From Octopus sinensis (taxonomy: Eukaryota), in contig NC_043000.1 of assembly GCF_006345805.1 (NCBI RefSeq), forward strand, positions 147,126,001-147,190,000: a DNA stretch of 64,000 bases, written 5' to 3'. A program made the position numbers and the translations under genes. The notes below the pieces were generated by a model. That model worked only from the letters and a program-made list of their open reading frames with translations. It had not been told where the DNA came from and did not search any database. Positions 1-12,852 of the stretch are shown here, piece by piece (position 1 is the stretch's first letter; each line of letters begins with the position of its first letter).

Positions 1-42
1 CACATCATATATAGTGCTAGCAAGAGCAACAGCAGCAGCAGC

Positions 43-102
<60 letters not shown>

Positions 103-117
103 GGTGGTGGTGGTGGT

Positions 118-150
<33 letters not shown>

Positions 151-181
151 GTTGCAGCAGCAGCAATAGCAGTGGTAGCAT

Positions 182-218
<37 letters not shown>

Positions 219-228
219 CGAGGTCGTC

Positions 229-259
<31 letters not shown>

Positions 260-288
260 CGGTGGTGGTGGTGGTGGTGGTGGTGGTG

Positions 289-330
<42 letters not shown>

Positions 331-360
331 TAGTAGTAGTAGTGGTGGTGGTGGTGGTAG
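1..360. repeat. Compound trinucleotide microsatellite (AGC/AGT/GGT)n
   Basis: Long runs of GTA and GTG; explains the poly-V and poly-Y/H ORFs at 118-480. Confidence 0.97.
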
Positions 361-590
361 AATAATTAGCGCGTCGGATAAAATACTTGGCAGCATTTCT
401 TCCGGCTCATTACGCCGAGCTGATCCCCAGTGTCGACGACTATGTCTTTCATCTTTTTGGGGGTCGATAAAATAAAACACCAGTTAAATACTAGCGTCGA
501 CGTAATCGACTTACACCCTCCCCTCAAAACGACTAGACTTGTGCCAAAATTAAGAAGAATTATTATTTATATTTTTAACTTCTGACTTCC
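361..590 (+). mobile_element. Old, diverged tRNA-type SINE (older relative of family B)
   Basis: Degenerate match to the family B body (GGGGTCGATAAAATAA...CCAGT...GTCGACGTAATCGACTT), ending in an AT-rich tail; similar copies at ~2420-2610, ~46440-46650 and ~50490-50960. Confidence 0.6.
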
Positions 591-909
591 TCCATCTTAG
601 AGAAAAGTGTAAAATTTTATGATTCATATAAATTTTTTCCTCTGTAATTTATGTCAACGTATTAAAACATGTCACTTATCAAAGATTAATGATATCGATT
701 TCTTTTAAATCGAAGCAAAAGAAGAGTTGTAGCAGAATGCTAAAGTTGATTTAGTTGTTTGTGTTTTCTTACTGGTAGTTTCTAAGGAATAGTAGGGTGA
801 AAACACAGTCAAGTACCTCCCCACAAAAGTGCTGGCCTTGTGCCTAAGTCAGAATTCGTTGTTGTTGGTGTTGTTGCTATTATTGTTCATTATTATGATC
901 ATTATTATT

Positions 910-1715
910 TCCTATACACACAACAGATTAGACTGTTGGAAAAGAAAAAATCCTAACATCGGGCTGTAACAAGTAACCTTAGATGCCAAGAACCCTCTTA
1001 AGTATCCTAGTTACCCCTAATAACACTGTTTTCTGGAGCTGTACTAAACTGGCTTTTATACCTATTTCCTCTATCCATTTGTTTAAATCTTTAGGGACAT
1101 AACAACTGGGATACATTTTACCTGCACTTTCCATAGCCTCTGTAATTCAAAGGCTAGATCCTGGTACCTTGCTATTTTTTCTATAACTTTCATATTGAAT
1201 TTTTCATTATTTAGGACTATAAAGTCAATTATCTGGCACTTTCTATTCTCTTTATCTACTACTACAAAATCAAGCCTTCTAGCTTCTATTATTCTGTCAG
1301 TCTGAATGTTTTTATCCAATTCGTCCTTAATGTTTGATCCTGTGCAGCTACTAACAAACTCGCTGTCTCCTTTTCAGCTTTCCTTTCTGTAACCATAACC
1401 GTGTCTCACTACTGCTATTTCTGCAACTATCTTTGGGAATCTACCATGCAACGCCTTCTCCTGCCAGTCAGATAATTTCTGTTCTTTTCTCGGATTTTTA
1501 ACTTCGTTTGGGTTTTTGGTTTCCCTACGTCTTGCTGTGAATCTAGCAGCTTTTAATAAACTTTCTTCACTATTACCTACGTAGGAGTCTAAATCTACTC
1601 TAGCTAAATCCACGCAGTCTTCTACTGATATTAACCCTCTTCCGCCTTCCTTTCTATGTAAGTATAATCTTGCTACTCCTCTCCTTGGGTGAAGTCCTCT
1701 ATTCATATTGGATTC
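910..1715 (-). mobile_element. 5'-truncated R4/Dong-type (RLE-encoding) non-LTR retrotransposon, 3' part
   Basis: Minus-strand frames give LHPRRGVARLYLHRKEGGRGLISVEDCV, an RLE-like RRLDFVVVDKENRKCQIIDF...KIARYQDL...PVV, and a C-terminus LQKTVLLGVTRILKRVLGI* (stop 979-981); the 3' end abuts degenerate TAA repeats. Confidence 0.85.
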
Positions 1716-1807
1716 CTTCCTAGTTTTGCTAGTTCAATTTTTGTGCTTTCTATTAGTATTATGATCATTATTATTATGGTTATTATTATATTATTATTAT
1801 TATTATT

Positions 1808-1945
1808 CAGTAGTTTTATTTTTATAGCGTGCTTTCACTTCACTACCGAGCGCAGCTCTGTGTGCCTTGGGTATGTGCTGTGATTTGTTGTGATGCTCTG
1901 ATGGTTATTGTATGGAAAGTGTTCTGCGTAGATGTGTGCAGTGCC
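1808..1945 (-). mobile_element. R4/Dong-type element, extreme 3' end (second family)
   Basis: Reads GTAHILRRTLSIQ* followed by a short 3' UTR and (TAA)n; flanked by (TAA)n on both sides. Confidence 0.75.

Positions 1946-2011
<66 letters not shown>
1946..2011. repeat. (TTA)n microsatellite
   Basis: About 22 perfect units. Confidence 0.97.
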
Positions 2012-2014
<3 letters not shown>

Positions 2015-2222
2015 GTTTGACTTTTGCTTTGTATTTGTACAAATTGGCTCCAAGTCTCGCCCAGAGACCTCAAGAGACAACAAGTTAGCAGTTCATGTTG
2101 GTGTTATGCCTAGGGTGTCATATATTTGGTTTTGCACATAGTATTGTTCTAGAGAATGTTTAAGAAAACATAAGAAAATTATGAGTTTGTTTTAAAATTT
2201 GAGATTACATAGACAGCATTTT
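2011..2222 (-). mobile_element. Probable R4/Dong-type 3' UTR (third family)
   Basis: Non-coding segment ending ...GAGGTCTCTGGGCGAGACTTGGAGCC...GTCAAACAT(ATA)n in the same orientation as the two neighbours; no coding evidence inside it. Confidence 0.5.
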
Positions 2223-2610
2223 ACGTAGGAGATGGGCGGTTACCATGAATTTTAAATTTCTGCCATTTTGGAGTTTCCTAGTATCAGAACTAGGTAGGAA
2301 TCAGCCTCTTTTGTTATTATTATTGTTGTTGCTGTTGATGTTGTTGTTGTTGTTGTTGTTGTTATTAAGGCGACGAGCTGACAGTGTTGGTATGTTGTTG
2401 CTGTTGTTGTTGTTGTTAGTATTAAGGCGGCGAACTAGCAGAATCATCAGCGTGTCGGACAAATTGCTTAGCGGCACTTCTTCCGACTCTTTATGCTCTG
2501 AGTTCAAATACCACCGAGATCAACTTCATCCTTTCTTGGTAGATAAAATAAGTACCAGCTGAACACTGGGGTCAAGTAAATCGACTTATCCCTTCCCCCG
2601 AAACCATTTT

Positions 2611-2645
<35 letters not shown>

Positions 2646-3990
2646 CCCGTAGAGGAAAAAAAAGCAGTTTTATGCAAAATATGAAGAAAGCACCTCGGGT
2701 TGCATCATTTATAATTGTAAAATTATAACCAATTGATTTGATTACAATTTATCAACGATGCTTATTTTACCAACACCGAAGAATAAAATCGATCCCCGAC
2801 GCGTATTAAATTCACTACAGAGACGAAATAAATTATGGTAAAACATGTTTCTTTGTTCTCTAAAGTTTTTGATAGTTCAAGGTTCTTATCAGAAATTTTC
2901 ACTAAAAAATAACTTCAGGACAAACAGAATTCAAGACAGAAGGAATTGAAAGATGCAGCTAAAATAAATACAAGCCGAAAATTGTGGCTTGCCACATTCC
3001 GATCAAAATTATGAAATCGATAATGAAAGACTAAGTAGGAAAATAGTCCGGCCAGTTTTTGTATATTTGTTTTATTATATATTTGTTTTTCTCTATTGTT
3101 GTTTTGTTTGCTAAAAAGAAAGAAAAGAATTAAACTGGCATAGCTACATTTTGGTTCGTTAAAGGAAAAACTATGTCAGCTTGTTACTCCCAATATATAT
3201 GATTTACCTACATTAAATTTAAGATCTCAATTGATGCAACAATAATAACAGTTTACTATGTAGCAGACATAGCTTGTTAATGCCAAATATTACGTTCTTG
3301 TTGAAACCTAGGTTAGAAATGGTATTAATTAAGCAAAAGCAAACGATAAAAAAATGCAAACATCAGAAATGAAGAGAAAAAAGAAAGAAGAATCGATATG
3401 CTTTCCTAAATGATATTACTGAGTACAAAATAGTCACTATGTTTATGTGATATATGTTTATGCATGTTTGTATATACGTGTGTCTACATATATGCGTTGG
3501 TTGGTGGATGAATTAAAAACCAGAGAGATATAAAAAAAATGGCGGTAACTTCCTAACTTATATGATTGAATGTAGAAATAGGAATAACGTGTGTACTCAA
3601 GTTTATGCATTCATTTTTTTCTGTTGGAACCTGTGTGTGAAAGAAAAGTTACTGTTCTTGAGTATGAGTGAGTGTGTGTGTGTGTGTGTGTGTGAGTTAC
3701 TGTGAGTTTGTGGTGGACAATGGAGAGAAAAGTGCCTTTCAAAATGAGAGAATCTAGCATAATATAAGAAATTGTATTGTGTGTATGAGAGAGAGAGAGA
3801 AGGAGAGTGTGTGAATGTGTGTGTGTGTGTGTGTGTGTGTTTATAGTAAATAATTCCATTTGTTAATTGCTGTTTACTGTAAATGGTTTGTTACGATGAA
3901 ATCGGACAGACGGACGGATGGACGAAGGGAGTGACGGGCGGGGAAGGAGATGAATGGAAGAATAGATAGATGAGTTCACAGATATATATA

Positions 3991-4401
3991 CTCTTTTACT
4001 GTTTTACTTGTTTCAGTCATTTGACTGCAGCCATGCTGGAGCACCGCCTTTAGTCGAGCAACTCGACCCCGGGACTTATTTTTTGTAAGCCCAGTACTTA
4101 TTCTATCGGTCTTTTTGCCGAACCGTTAAGTGACAGGAACGTAAACACACCAGCATCGGTTGTCAAGCAATGCTAGGGGGACAAACACAGACACACAAAC
4201 ACAGACACACAAACACATACACACACATATATATATATACATATATACGACAGGCTTCTTTCAGTTTCCGTCTACCAAATCCACACACAAGGCATTGGTC
4301 GGCACGGGGCTATAGTAGAAGACACTTGCCCAAGATGCCACGCAGTGGGACTAAACTCGGATCCATGTGGTTGGTTAGCAAGCTACTTACCACACAGCCA
4401 C
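3991..4401 (-). mobile_element. tRNA-derived SINE family A
   Basis: Head GTGGCTGTGTGGTAAG...GTTTAGTCCC, internal (TA/TG)n tract, tail GGCGGTGCTCCAGCATGGC...TGACTGAAACAAGTAAAA; homologous copies listed separately. Confidence 0.9.
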
Positions 4402-4403
4402 AT

Positions 4404-4971
4404 ATTTCTTTATTGCATACAGGGGGCTAAACATAGAGAGGACAAGGACAGATAAAGGGATTAAGTCGATTACATCGACTCCAGTGCATAACTCGTACTT
4501 ATCTAATCGACCCCGAAAGGATGAAAGGCAATGTTGACCTCGGCAGAATTTGAACTCAGAACGTAAAGACAGATGAAATACCTGTTTCTTTACTACCCAC
4601 AAGGGGCAAAACACAGAGGAGACAAATAAGGACAGACAGACGGATTAAGTCGATTATATCGACCCCAGTGCATAACTGATACTTATCTAATCGACCCCGA
4701 AAGGATGACAGGCAAAGTCGACCTCGGCAGAATTTGAACTCAGAACGTAACAGCAGACGAAATACCTGTTTCTTTACTACCCACAAGGGGCTAAACACAG
4801 AGAGGACAAACAAGGACAGACAAACGGATTAAGTCGATTATATCGACCCCAATGCGTAACTGGTACTTATTTAATCGACCCCGAAAGGATGAAATGCAAA
4901 GTCGACCTCAGCGGAATTTGAACTCAGAACGTAGCGGCAGACGAAATACCGCTCAGCATTTCGCCCGGCGT
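4404..4971 (-). mobile_element. tRNA-derived SINE family B, tandem trimer
   Basis: Three ~180-184 bp units with junctions near 4582 and 4766; only the unit at the 4971 end carries part of the head. Confidence 0.92.
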
Positions 4972-5599
4972 AGGGAGAGAGAGAAATGGTCAGGGTTAGC
5001 TGGTTAGATGAATATATTGATGAAGTATATAATGCAGATAGATAAACAGACTGAGGACAGACAGACAGACAGACAGAGATCAAGCTATATAAATCGATAA
5101 ATGAATCGATAAACAGATGAATATGCATATAAATTAATATGACTGGAATATTTATTAAATATAAAACATTCAATTTTCTGAAAACTGTACAATTTGAAGA
5201 CAAATACACAATTTAACAGACAGATAGACGAATACCTATCCTACAACTATCGATTATCGTATATGCAACAAATAATTTTAATTTTGCAGGCAGTTGACTG
5301 CAATATTAAGTTTCGTTTAGTCTACTCTTCTGTCGCTTGCACGTGTCTTACTCTTAAACAGACATTTTTTAAAAATAAATCTGGTAGAGTGATTAACAGT
5401 TAATTTTGGAAAAATTTTATTCAATTTCAATAATCGCAAAGTAGGAAGAACTTTGAAAAATTCTATGTAAAAATTGATTTCATGAATACCAGCCCACTCC
5501 AAGAAAATATATGCACGTATGTATGTATATCTTCGGAGAAGATATACATACATGCGTTAGTTATTGTATATCTTCGGAGAAGAAATATAATAACTAACA

Positions 5600-5975
5600 A
5601 TAACTCTGAGCACCTTTTCAAACTCCACCTGTCTAACACCCGTGGACATGTTTACAAAGTCAGAAAACAGCACAGCTCCCATGACTTTCGGAAACATTTT
5701 TTCACGCTAAGAATTGCTGAAGTATGGAACAAACTACCGGCATCAGTTGTTAGTTGTCGGAGCACTACATCCTTCAAAACTTCCATGCTTCCTGAGATTC
5801 GCCAACACTACACCTGATTTTCTCCCCTCCATACATACGCAAGCATGTATCTGACTCATACACTGTTCACTTCTCAGACATTTGTACATTACTGCATATG
5901 CTTTATACACACTTTTGACAAGTTGTGGTGCACCTGAGCACTATATACAATAATTTCATTATCATTATTATTATA
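5600..5975 (+). mobile_element. CR1-group LINE 3' fragment
   Basis: TRGHVYKVRKQHSSHDFRKHFFTLRIAEVWNKLPASVVSCRSTTSFK is the typical CR1 ORF2 C-terminus; 3' UTR ends in an (ATT)-type tail. Confidence 0.85.
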
Positions 5976-6550
5976 CGTTATTTTCAGAAGCTGATTTACA
6001 ACAAAATGACAATATTATCTTTTTCTATTCGAGTTTAGGTAGTTTCAGGCATTTGAAGATATGTATGTCCTTAAACGTAGGAGTTTGTGTGGATAAACGT
6101 TCAGTCATGCAACGTGTGCACATACCTTTTTAGTATGGGAATATGTGTCATTAAGCTTTATAGATGTAGGGGTACCATATGTACTCGTGTGACTACCTAT
6201 ATATGTTCACTGCAGAAAATTCAAATGGAGAACCTTTGCGATGTTTTACTAGCCTTCACTGTAACATTAATCGATTAGATATGGAAGAGGAGAGTAGTTT
6301 TGCTTCTTTCTTGGAAAACCGCCACATTGTCCAGCCTTTTGTGCAAATTTGTTGCTGTATACATCTATGATAATAAGCACAAATGAGAATCTATAGCCTG
6401 GATACAAGCTATAGATTCTTATTTGTACATTCTGTATTAGTTCACCATTGATGTTTTTGTTCGACAACTTTGTACAAAACATTCACGTAGACAGGGCAAC
6501 AAACACCTACAATTCTGCATGATACACATACATATATGCATACATACATG

Positions 6551-6601
<51 letters not shown>

Positions 6602-6604
6602 TCG

Positions 6605-6640
<36 letters not shown>

Positions 6641-7099
6641 AAGAGAGAGAGAGAGAGAGAGAAAGTGAGGTTGATGTGTTGCGGTTATATAGGTTTCGTA
6701 GGAATCTGGTGATGGATTTATCATTGAATCCAAGAAGCTTGTAGATCTAATAAAACTTTTAACATGAAATTTATGAAGACGGCTATGATTTTTCCCTTTC
6801 TACTCCTTAAAACTGTTGAATTTTCGTTTCTGCACAGTGTCTACATGTTGTAGCCCACATAGAATAAATAGCCTTGCATGTCATATATCTATCTACTGTC
6901 TAGTACCTCGCAAAAGACTCTAACACGTTTTCATGTACACTTTTGTTCCTCATTCGTTGATGTTAAATAACAATGAACGTCTAGAGTGTGGTATGTTCTG
7001 ATCTCGTCGAAGTTGTGTGTTTCAGTACAAACTGCACAGTGAACTTTAGTGCTAGTTAAAATCTACGATGTCAAATTTTCTCTGGTTTTTAAAGTGGTG

Positions 7100-7478
7100 G
7101 AAGCACTCCGTCGGTTACGACGACGAGGGTTCAGGTTGATCCGATCAACGGAACAGCCTGCTCGTGAAATTAACGTGTAAGTGGCTGAGCACTCCACAGA
7201 CACGTGTACCCTTAACGTAGTTCTCGGGGATATTCAGCGTGACACAGAGAGTGACAAGGCCGGCCCTTTGAAATACAGGTACAACAGAAACAGGAAGTAA
7301 GAGTGAGAGAAAGCTGTGGTGAAAGAGTACAGCAGGGATCACCACCATCCCCTGCCGGAGCCTCGTGGAGCTTTAGGTGTTTTCGCTCAATAAACACTCA
7401 CAACGCCCGGTCTGGGAATCGAAACCGCGATCCTACGACCGCGAGTCCGCTGCCTCAACCACTGGGCCATTGCGCCTC
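7100..7478 (-). mobile_element. tRNA-derived SINE (variant head, family C 3' half)
   Basis: Head GAGGCGCAATGGCCCAGTGGTT...GGTTTCGATTCC with A and B boxes; 3' half shared with the copies at 13619 and 32167. Confidence 0.88.
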
Positions 7479-8089
7479 CTCAAGGTTTTTAAAGTAGATC
7501 TACTTGAAGTAATTTGTCACCACATCAGATGGTATTTTTCTATATATTTAGTCTTCTCGATGACTTTAGCTTTGAGGAGATGGGTCTAGTATTTTCTAAC
7601 AGGACCTTGTTCATTTTTACAGGGTTGATTAGGCTACACTTCAGATTGTTGTCGGAGCAGACTTTCTAACGCTCGAGTATATTGCATGTATTTTTGTTGA
7701 CTACGATGTGTAAGTACTATTTGTTTTGCTTGTATATTTATGTCCTTGCATACAATATTGTTGGTTGGTGTTTTTATGGGTTTTCACCATCTTACACTTA
7801 TCGAATAAATTGTTGCTTTTGTCCACGGATAGGAACATGTTAAGCAGTTTCATATATCTATATCCACGTACAGCTTTTACATATGATGAGTCGATATTGT
7901 CAGAGATAATTCCATCAAATACAATAAATTGAAATGTTTGATGATAGAGAATATGCACGTCATAAATGGATCAATCGCTCTGTAAGCGGTTGACTTATTT
8001 CAAGACCTCTTCCCCTTCAGCGAAACATATCTTCTTCGGTTAGTAAGACAAATAGTTATCAATGTGCTTGTGTGTGTTTGTGTGTGTAC

Positions 8090-8215
8090 GTTCATACATA
8101 CATACATACATACATACATACATACATACATACATACATGAATACATGCTTACATACATACATACTACATACATACATACATACATACATACATACATAC
8201 ATACATACATACATG
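8090..8215. repeat. (CATA)n microsatellite
   Basis: Direct reading. Confidence 0.95.
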
Positions 8216-8350
8216 TGTGTGTGTGTATGTATAGAAAGACAGAGACACAGAGACACAGAGAGACGGAGACAGGTAGGGAGAAAGAAAGAGTTAGAGTATA
8301 AATAAAACTGCATCTAATGATTTAATGTAATAGGTATAAATAGGTATAAA

Positions 8351-8584
8351 GGCGGCGAGCTGGCAGAAACGTTAGCACACCGGGCGAAATGCTTAGCCGT
8401 ATTTTGTCTGCCATTACGTTCTGAGTTCAAATTCTGCCGAGGTCGACTTTGCCTTTCATCCTTTCGTGGTCGATTAAAATTAAGTACCAGTTACGCACTG
8501 GGGTCGATGTAATCGACTTAATCCGTTTGTCTGTCCTTGTTTGTCCTCTCTGTGTTTAGCCCCTTGTGGGTAGTAAAGAAATAG
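8351..8584 (+). mobile_element. SINE family B monomer
   Basis: GGCGGCGAGCTGGCAGAAACGTTAG...GAGTTCAAATT...GTAGTAAAGAAATA; flanking direct repeat ATAGGTATAAA. Confidence 0.93.
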
Positions 8585-8639
8585 GTATAAATGCCTTCAC
8601 TTTACTAGTTAATATCAATCTACTCTCATGTAAACGTAA

Positions 8640-9238
8640 GTTAAGTCGTATTTCTGTGGAAGACATCACACATATGATTAGCAGCTGCTAAAAGTGTCAA
8701 GGTACTACCTCCATATACGACATGACAATATACAATGCCATCCGAAGAAAAAGACAGCTTTGGAATAAATATAGAAGATTCCTGTTTTTGCATACGTATA
8801 CAAATATCAGCACAAGGAATATCGGGTGGGGGGGCATTCCCATCAAAACATCTGTCAAGTGTACACATAATAGGCCGGATATGTTAAAGGGACATGAAGG
8901 CCTGCAACATCAATATTAGCAGTTGGGAAGCAATTGCCAGCAACCGTGGAGATTGGCGACGTACCGTAAAAGAGGGAATACAAAGGAGTGACAGAGAGAG
9001 AGAGAGAGGAGAAATGGAAAAACAAGAAAAGACGTCAACAAGAAACTATGACACTACAACCAGCCAGGAACAGTCTTCGCTACATTTGCGGTACCTGCCA
9101 GAGGGAGTGTTTGTCCAGGATAGGACTACACAGCCACAGCAGGAAATGTATCAGGACATGAAATGTAAAAGCCGGACTGGACTATTTTATGCGCAACTCC
9201 ATTGTCTCCCGAGACAAAAAGGATGCCAACAACAACAT
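8640..9238 (+). mobile_element. RTE-clade LINE 3' fragment
   Basis: DMKACNINISSWEAIASNRGDWRRTVKEG, a frameshifted C-terminal CGTCQRECLSRIGLHSH zinc motif, and 3' end ATTGTCTCCCGAGACAAAAAGGATGCC(AAC)n. Confidence 0.8.
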
Positions 9239-9660
9239 TGCTGTATATGACAGGCAAGAAAAAGTACGTACCGTCATAGGGGTCGGCTGTCTTGCTGATG
9301 AGAACATCTCTTTGAAAATCAAAGAGACAGAGGATAATTATAGACAGCTGCTTCGAAACCTGAAGCTTCTCCATCCAGATAATAGATTTACATTTATGCC
9401 AATAATAATTGGTGCACTAGATTTTGTGAATAAACGCATAAGTAACAACCTGGATAAGCTAGGGCTTTCAGAAAAAGAAACCAACCAACTCGCACATTAC
9501 AAATACAATATGTAAGTGGAACAGTAAAAATATGCAAGACTTCTCTGAAGTTTAAAATGTGACATTATTTTTTGTTTTCTACATACTAACGACGGGGCTT
9601 TATATCTTTGTTAGAAACTAGCTCCTGCCTTAGAAGAAGAATTTAAATAATTAAAAACAG
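9239..9660 (+). mobile_element. RLE-type non-LTR retrotransposon 3' fragment (NeSL/CRE-like; clade uncertain)
   Basis: KETEDNYRQLLRNLKLLHPDNRFTFMPIIIGALD, then after a frameshift RTLQIQYVSGTVKICKTSLKFKM*. Confidence 0.7.
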
Positions 9661-9879
9661 AAGAGAACATACATAAATAGAGACAGAAACTACATGCGAC
9701 TTTAAAGTCCTACTTCATCACAAATGGTATTTTATTGGAGCTTATTCAAATGGACAATAGTGTTAAAGATGGTGATATACTTGCGATAACTTTTTTCTCC
9801 TTATACTTTGCAATTGTGATTGCTATCGTACAACAGGTAAGCTATTTGGACTGAATTGTTTAGGGATCTCTGGGCTCTG

Positions 9880-10080
9880 AAGTCAACCTGAGAAATGTAA
9901 AGGATTCAATTATATTTGGAATTCTGAAGTAGCGAGTCCGGTCAATTAGATGCTTAAACTTGTTCGCCAAGCTTTTCACTTTTGATGCGTGCGTTATCAC
10001 ATCCCTGTTATATGCATCTGAGACATGGATCCATACTGGCAACATCTCAAAAATACTCGAAATATTTCAGCTGAAGAGTC
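9880..10080 (+). mobile_element. Decayed RTE fragment
   Basis: ITSLLYASETW...SKILEIFQL, matching the RTE post-RT LLYxxETW motif. Confidence 0.55.
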
Positions 10081-10149
10081 AAAATTGTATGTAAAATATA
10101 TTCTCATTACCACAACACCTAAATAAATTAGTTTATCTTGGAGGAAATA

Positions 10150-10714
10150 TTAGGTTGTCTGGAAAGTTCATGCCGATATATAGTAGCTTACCTTTTGACT
10201 TATTTTAGAACATAGTTGAGTCCATAAAATAGGATTTGACTACACCTCCATTTAGAGCACAGTTTAAGCTATCTTTTCGTGGAAGAAGGTTTATGTTCCT
10301 ATAACCTGTGTTAATTCTGTAACCCTTTAAAATGGAAGATAAGAAAATTCGTTTTCGGCACTTGATGCTTTGGGAACCAGACAAAAATTGCTGCAGCTCG
10401 GCTGGGATGTGTTACCCACCCTCCATATTCACCAGATATTGCTCCTTCGGATTTCCACTTAATCAGGTCTCTGCAGAATAGTCTCAATGGTAAAAATTTC
10501 AATTCCTTGGATGACATAAAAAGATACCTTGATGAATTCTTTGCCATGAAACCAACTCAATTCTGGGAAGAGGGTATTTTCAAGTTAAAGGAAAGATGGA
10601 GACGCATTGTGCAACAAAATGGTTCACATTTAGTTGATTAAAAATGTAATGGCAAGTATTTATTGACCTTTTTCTTTCCTTTAAATGTCGGCACGAACTT
10701 TCCGGACAACCTAA
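10150..10714 (+). mobile_element. Internally deleted mariner element (565 bp)
   Basis: TIRs TTAGGTTGTCTGGAAAGTTCATGCCGA / TCGGCACGAACTTTCCGGACAACCTAA with a TA duplication; the plus strand encodes PPYSPDIAPSDFHL...GIFKLKERWRRIVQQNG (mariner YSPDLAPSD motif). Confidence 0.93.
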
Positions 10715-11446
10715 TATATTTTAGCGAAGTATAAAGTTAATTTTTAAGGATTATAATTATGGTTAATTGAATCAACGGCGACAGCTAACAAGTGCCCCTT
10801 ATTTTATTAACTCCGAGAGCATGTAGGGCAAATCTAAACGAAATAGAACCCAAAATATTTTAGTTTAGCCCTCTTTTGTTTTTTTCCCATCATTATTTTC
10901 CTTGTCAAACCCAATACTTGTTTAGTTGTTATTTTATCGACTCTGGTGCGTTAAACCACAAATTCGACGGGTAAAGTTTGAACTCTAGGTCTTAAGTGTG
11001 CTAAACTGACTACAACAAAGCATTACCGTCCGGCAATTTACAAATTCTCCCATCCCTAGCCCCCATTCGTTTAGATAAATATTACCAAATTGACTTCATG
11101 TCAGACTGCTATATATAAAATGGGCATTTCATAAAGGTTTTATATATTTACAAAAAAAAAGTGTTTCGTATTTCATAGGCAACACAGTGAAATTTAATTA
11201 AACTCACTGTTATAGCAATTTTAAATAACCGATTGGTAACAGAATGATTTGTTTATGCAAGAAAATCAATATTGGCTTTCGACGATTTATTTTAACCTAC
11301 ACTGTGATAAATTTAACTTATAAAAATCATTGTTATTGCTTTCATTACAGCAATAATCATGTAGAAACGAGGCTCGGTCAGAAATAAATGTTATTACGAA
11401 CTACATATTCTTGCCTCTATCTATCTCTCTTCCTGTCTCTATCCCA

Positions 11447-11449
<3 letters not shown>

Positions 11450-11485
<36 letters not shown>

Positions 11486-11529
11486 ATATGTTTCTATGTG
11501 CGTGTGTGTGTGTATATATACATATGCAT

Positions 11530-11626
<97 letters not shown>

Positions 11627-11675
11627 ACATGAATATTATATATATATAAAATAATACAGAGAAATAGATGTATAT

Positions 11676-11720
<45 letters not shown>

Positions 11721-11836
11721 GTATGTATGTATGTATTTGATATGTAATATATTATATATATATTATGATATATATGTGCATGTCTATGTATGTGCGTTTA
11801 TATATATATGTATGTATGTGCATATACATACATATG

Positions 11837-11924
<88 letters not shown>

Positions 11925-11945
11925 TTATATGTGTATATATATAAT
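11450..11945. repeat. Compound (CT)n/(TG)n/(CA)n/(TA)n microsatellite
   Basis: Direct reading; source of the IYIY ORFs. Confidence 0.95.
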
Positions 11946-12447
11946 TTCATTCAAACTTCAATCACAGTTCAGTTACGGTGTCTGTGTATGCAAGTATGTA
12001 GGCAAGTATATTATTGTTGTTGTGGTGTCACACATAGTTTGATTCGGCCCTGTATGGCTTAAATTTTCTAGGATTCTTACAGAAACCTAGCTCGTCAGGC
12101 ATAGTTAGCCGCATGATATACAATAATGTATGTACTAAATGTCTCTTTCTTTCCTTTGTCCAGTCACCAAATGTGTGTGTGTGTGTGTATGCAAGTATGC
12201 AGGCATGTATATATTATAATACATGTATATATAGTATAATAAAGCGTAAAAATCATAAGTGATTATACCAGGGGTTCAGCGCGAAAATAAAAACCTTATA
12301 GGTAAATTTTACAGCGCATGGAGAGGTTTATAGACAACCCCTTGTTATAATTATGTATATAATTATTACAATATATATATAGAGAGAGAGAAAGCGGCTA
12401 AAAGACTGGGATATCGATAGACAGATAGATAGATAGATAGATAGATG

Positions 12448-12527
<80 letters not shown>

Positions 12528-12528
<1 letters not shown>

Positions 12529-12753
12529 GCGGCGAGCTGGCAGAAACGTTAGCACGCCGGGCGAAATGCGTGGCCGCATTTCGTTAGCCGTTACGTTCTG
12601 GGTTCAAATTCCGCCGAGGTCGACTTTACCTTTCATCCTTTCGGGGTCGATAAATTAAGTACCAGTTAAGCACTGGGGTCGATGTAATAGACTTAATCCG
12701 TTTGTCTGTCCTTGTTTGTCCCCTCTGTGTTTAGCCCCTTGTGGGTAGTAAAG

Positions 12754-12756
<3 letters not shown>
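12528..12756 (+). mobile_element. SINE family B inserted in a (GATA)n array
   Basis: Full head-to-tail match to the 8351 copy; (GATA)n on both sides (12417-12527 and 12756-12850). Confidence 0.93.

Positions 12757-12852
<96 letters not shown>

Noticed and set aside
4404-4971. Regularly spaced repeats resembling a CRISPR array
   Set aside because: Units are ~180-bp contiguous SINE bodies with no unique spacers, in a eukaryotic context with no cas genes.
7400-7478. tRNA-like sequences at SINE heads (also 13619, 29151, 32167, 46992)
   Set aside because: A and B boxes are present, but there is no complete cloverleaf and each continues into a SINE body.
9189-9515. 108-aa ORF as a single gene
   Set aside because: It is a chimera: the start comes from the RTE 3' UTR and the rest from an RLE-element fragment.
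12030-12110. Minus-strand CTGACGA followed by a CTAGG/CCTAG stem
   Set aside because: I could not place GAAA, stem III and stem I consistently.
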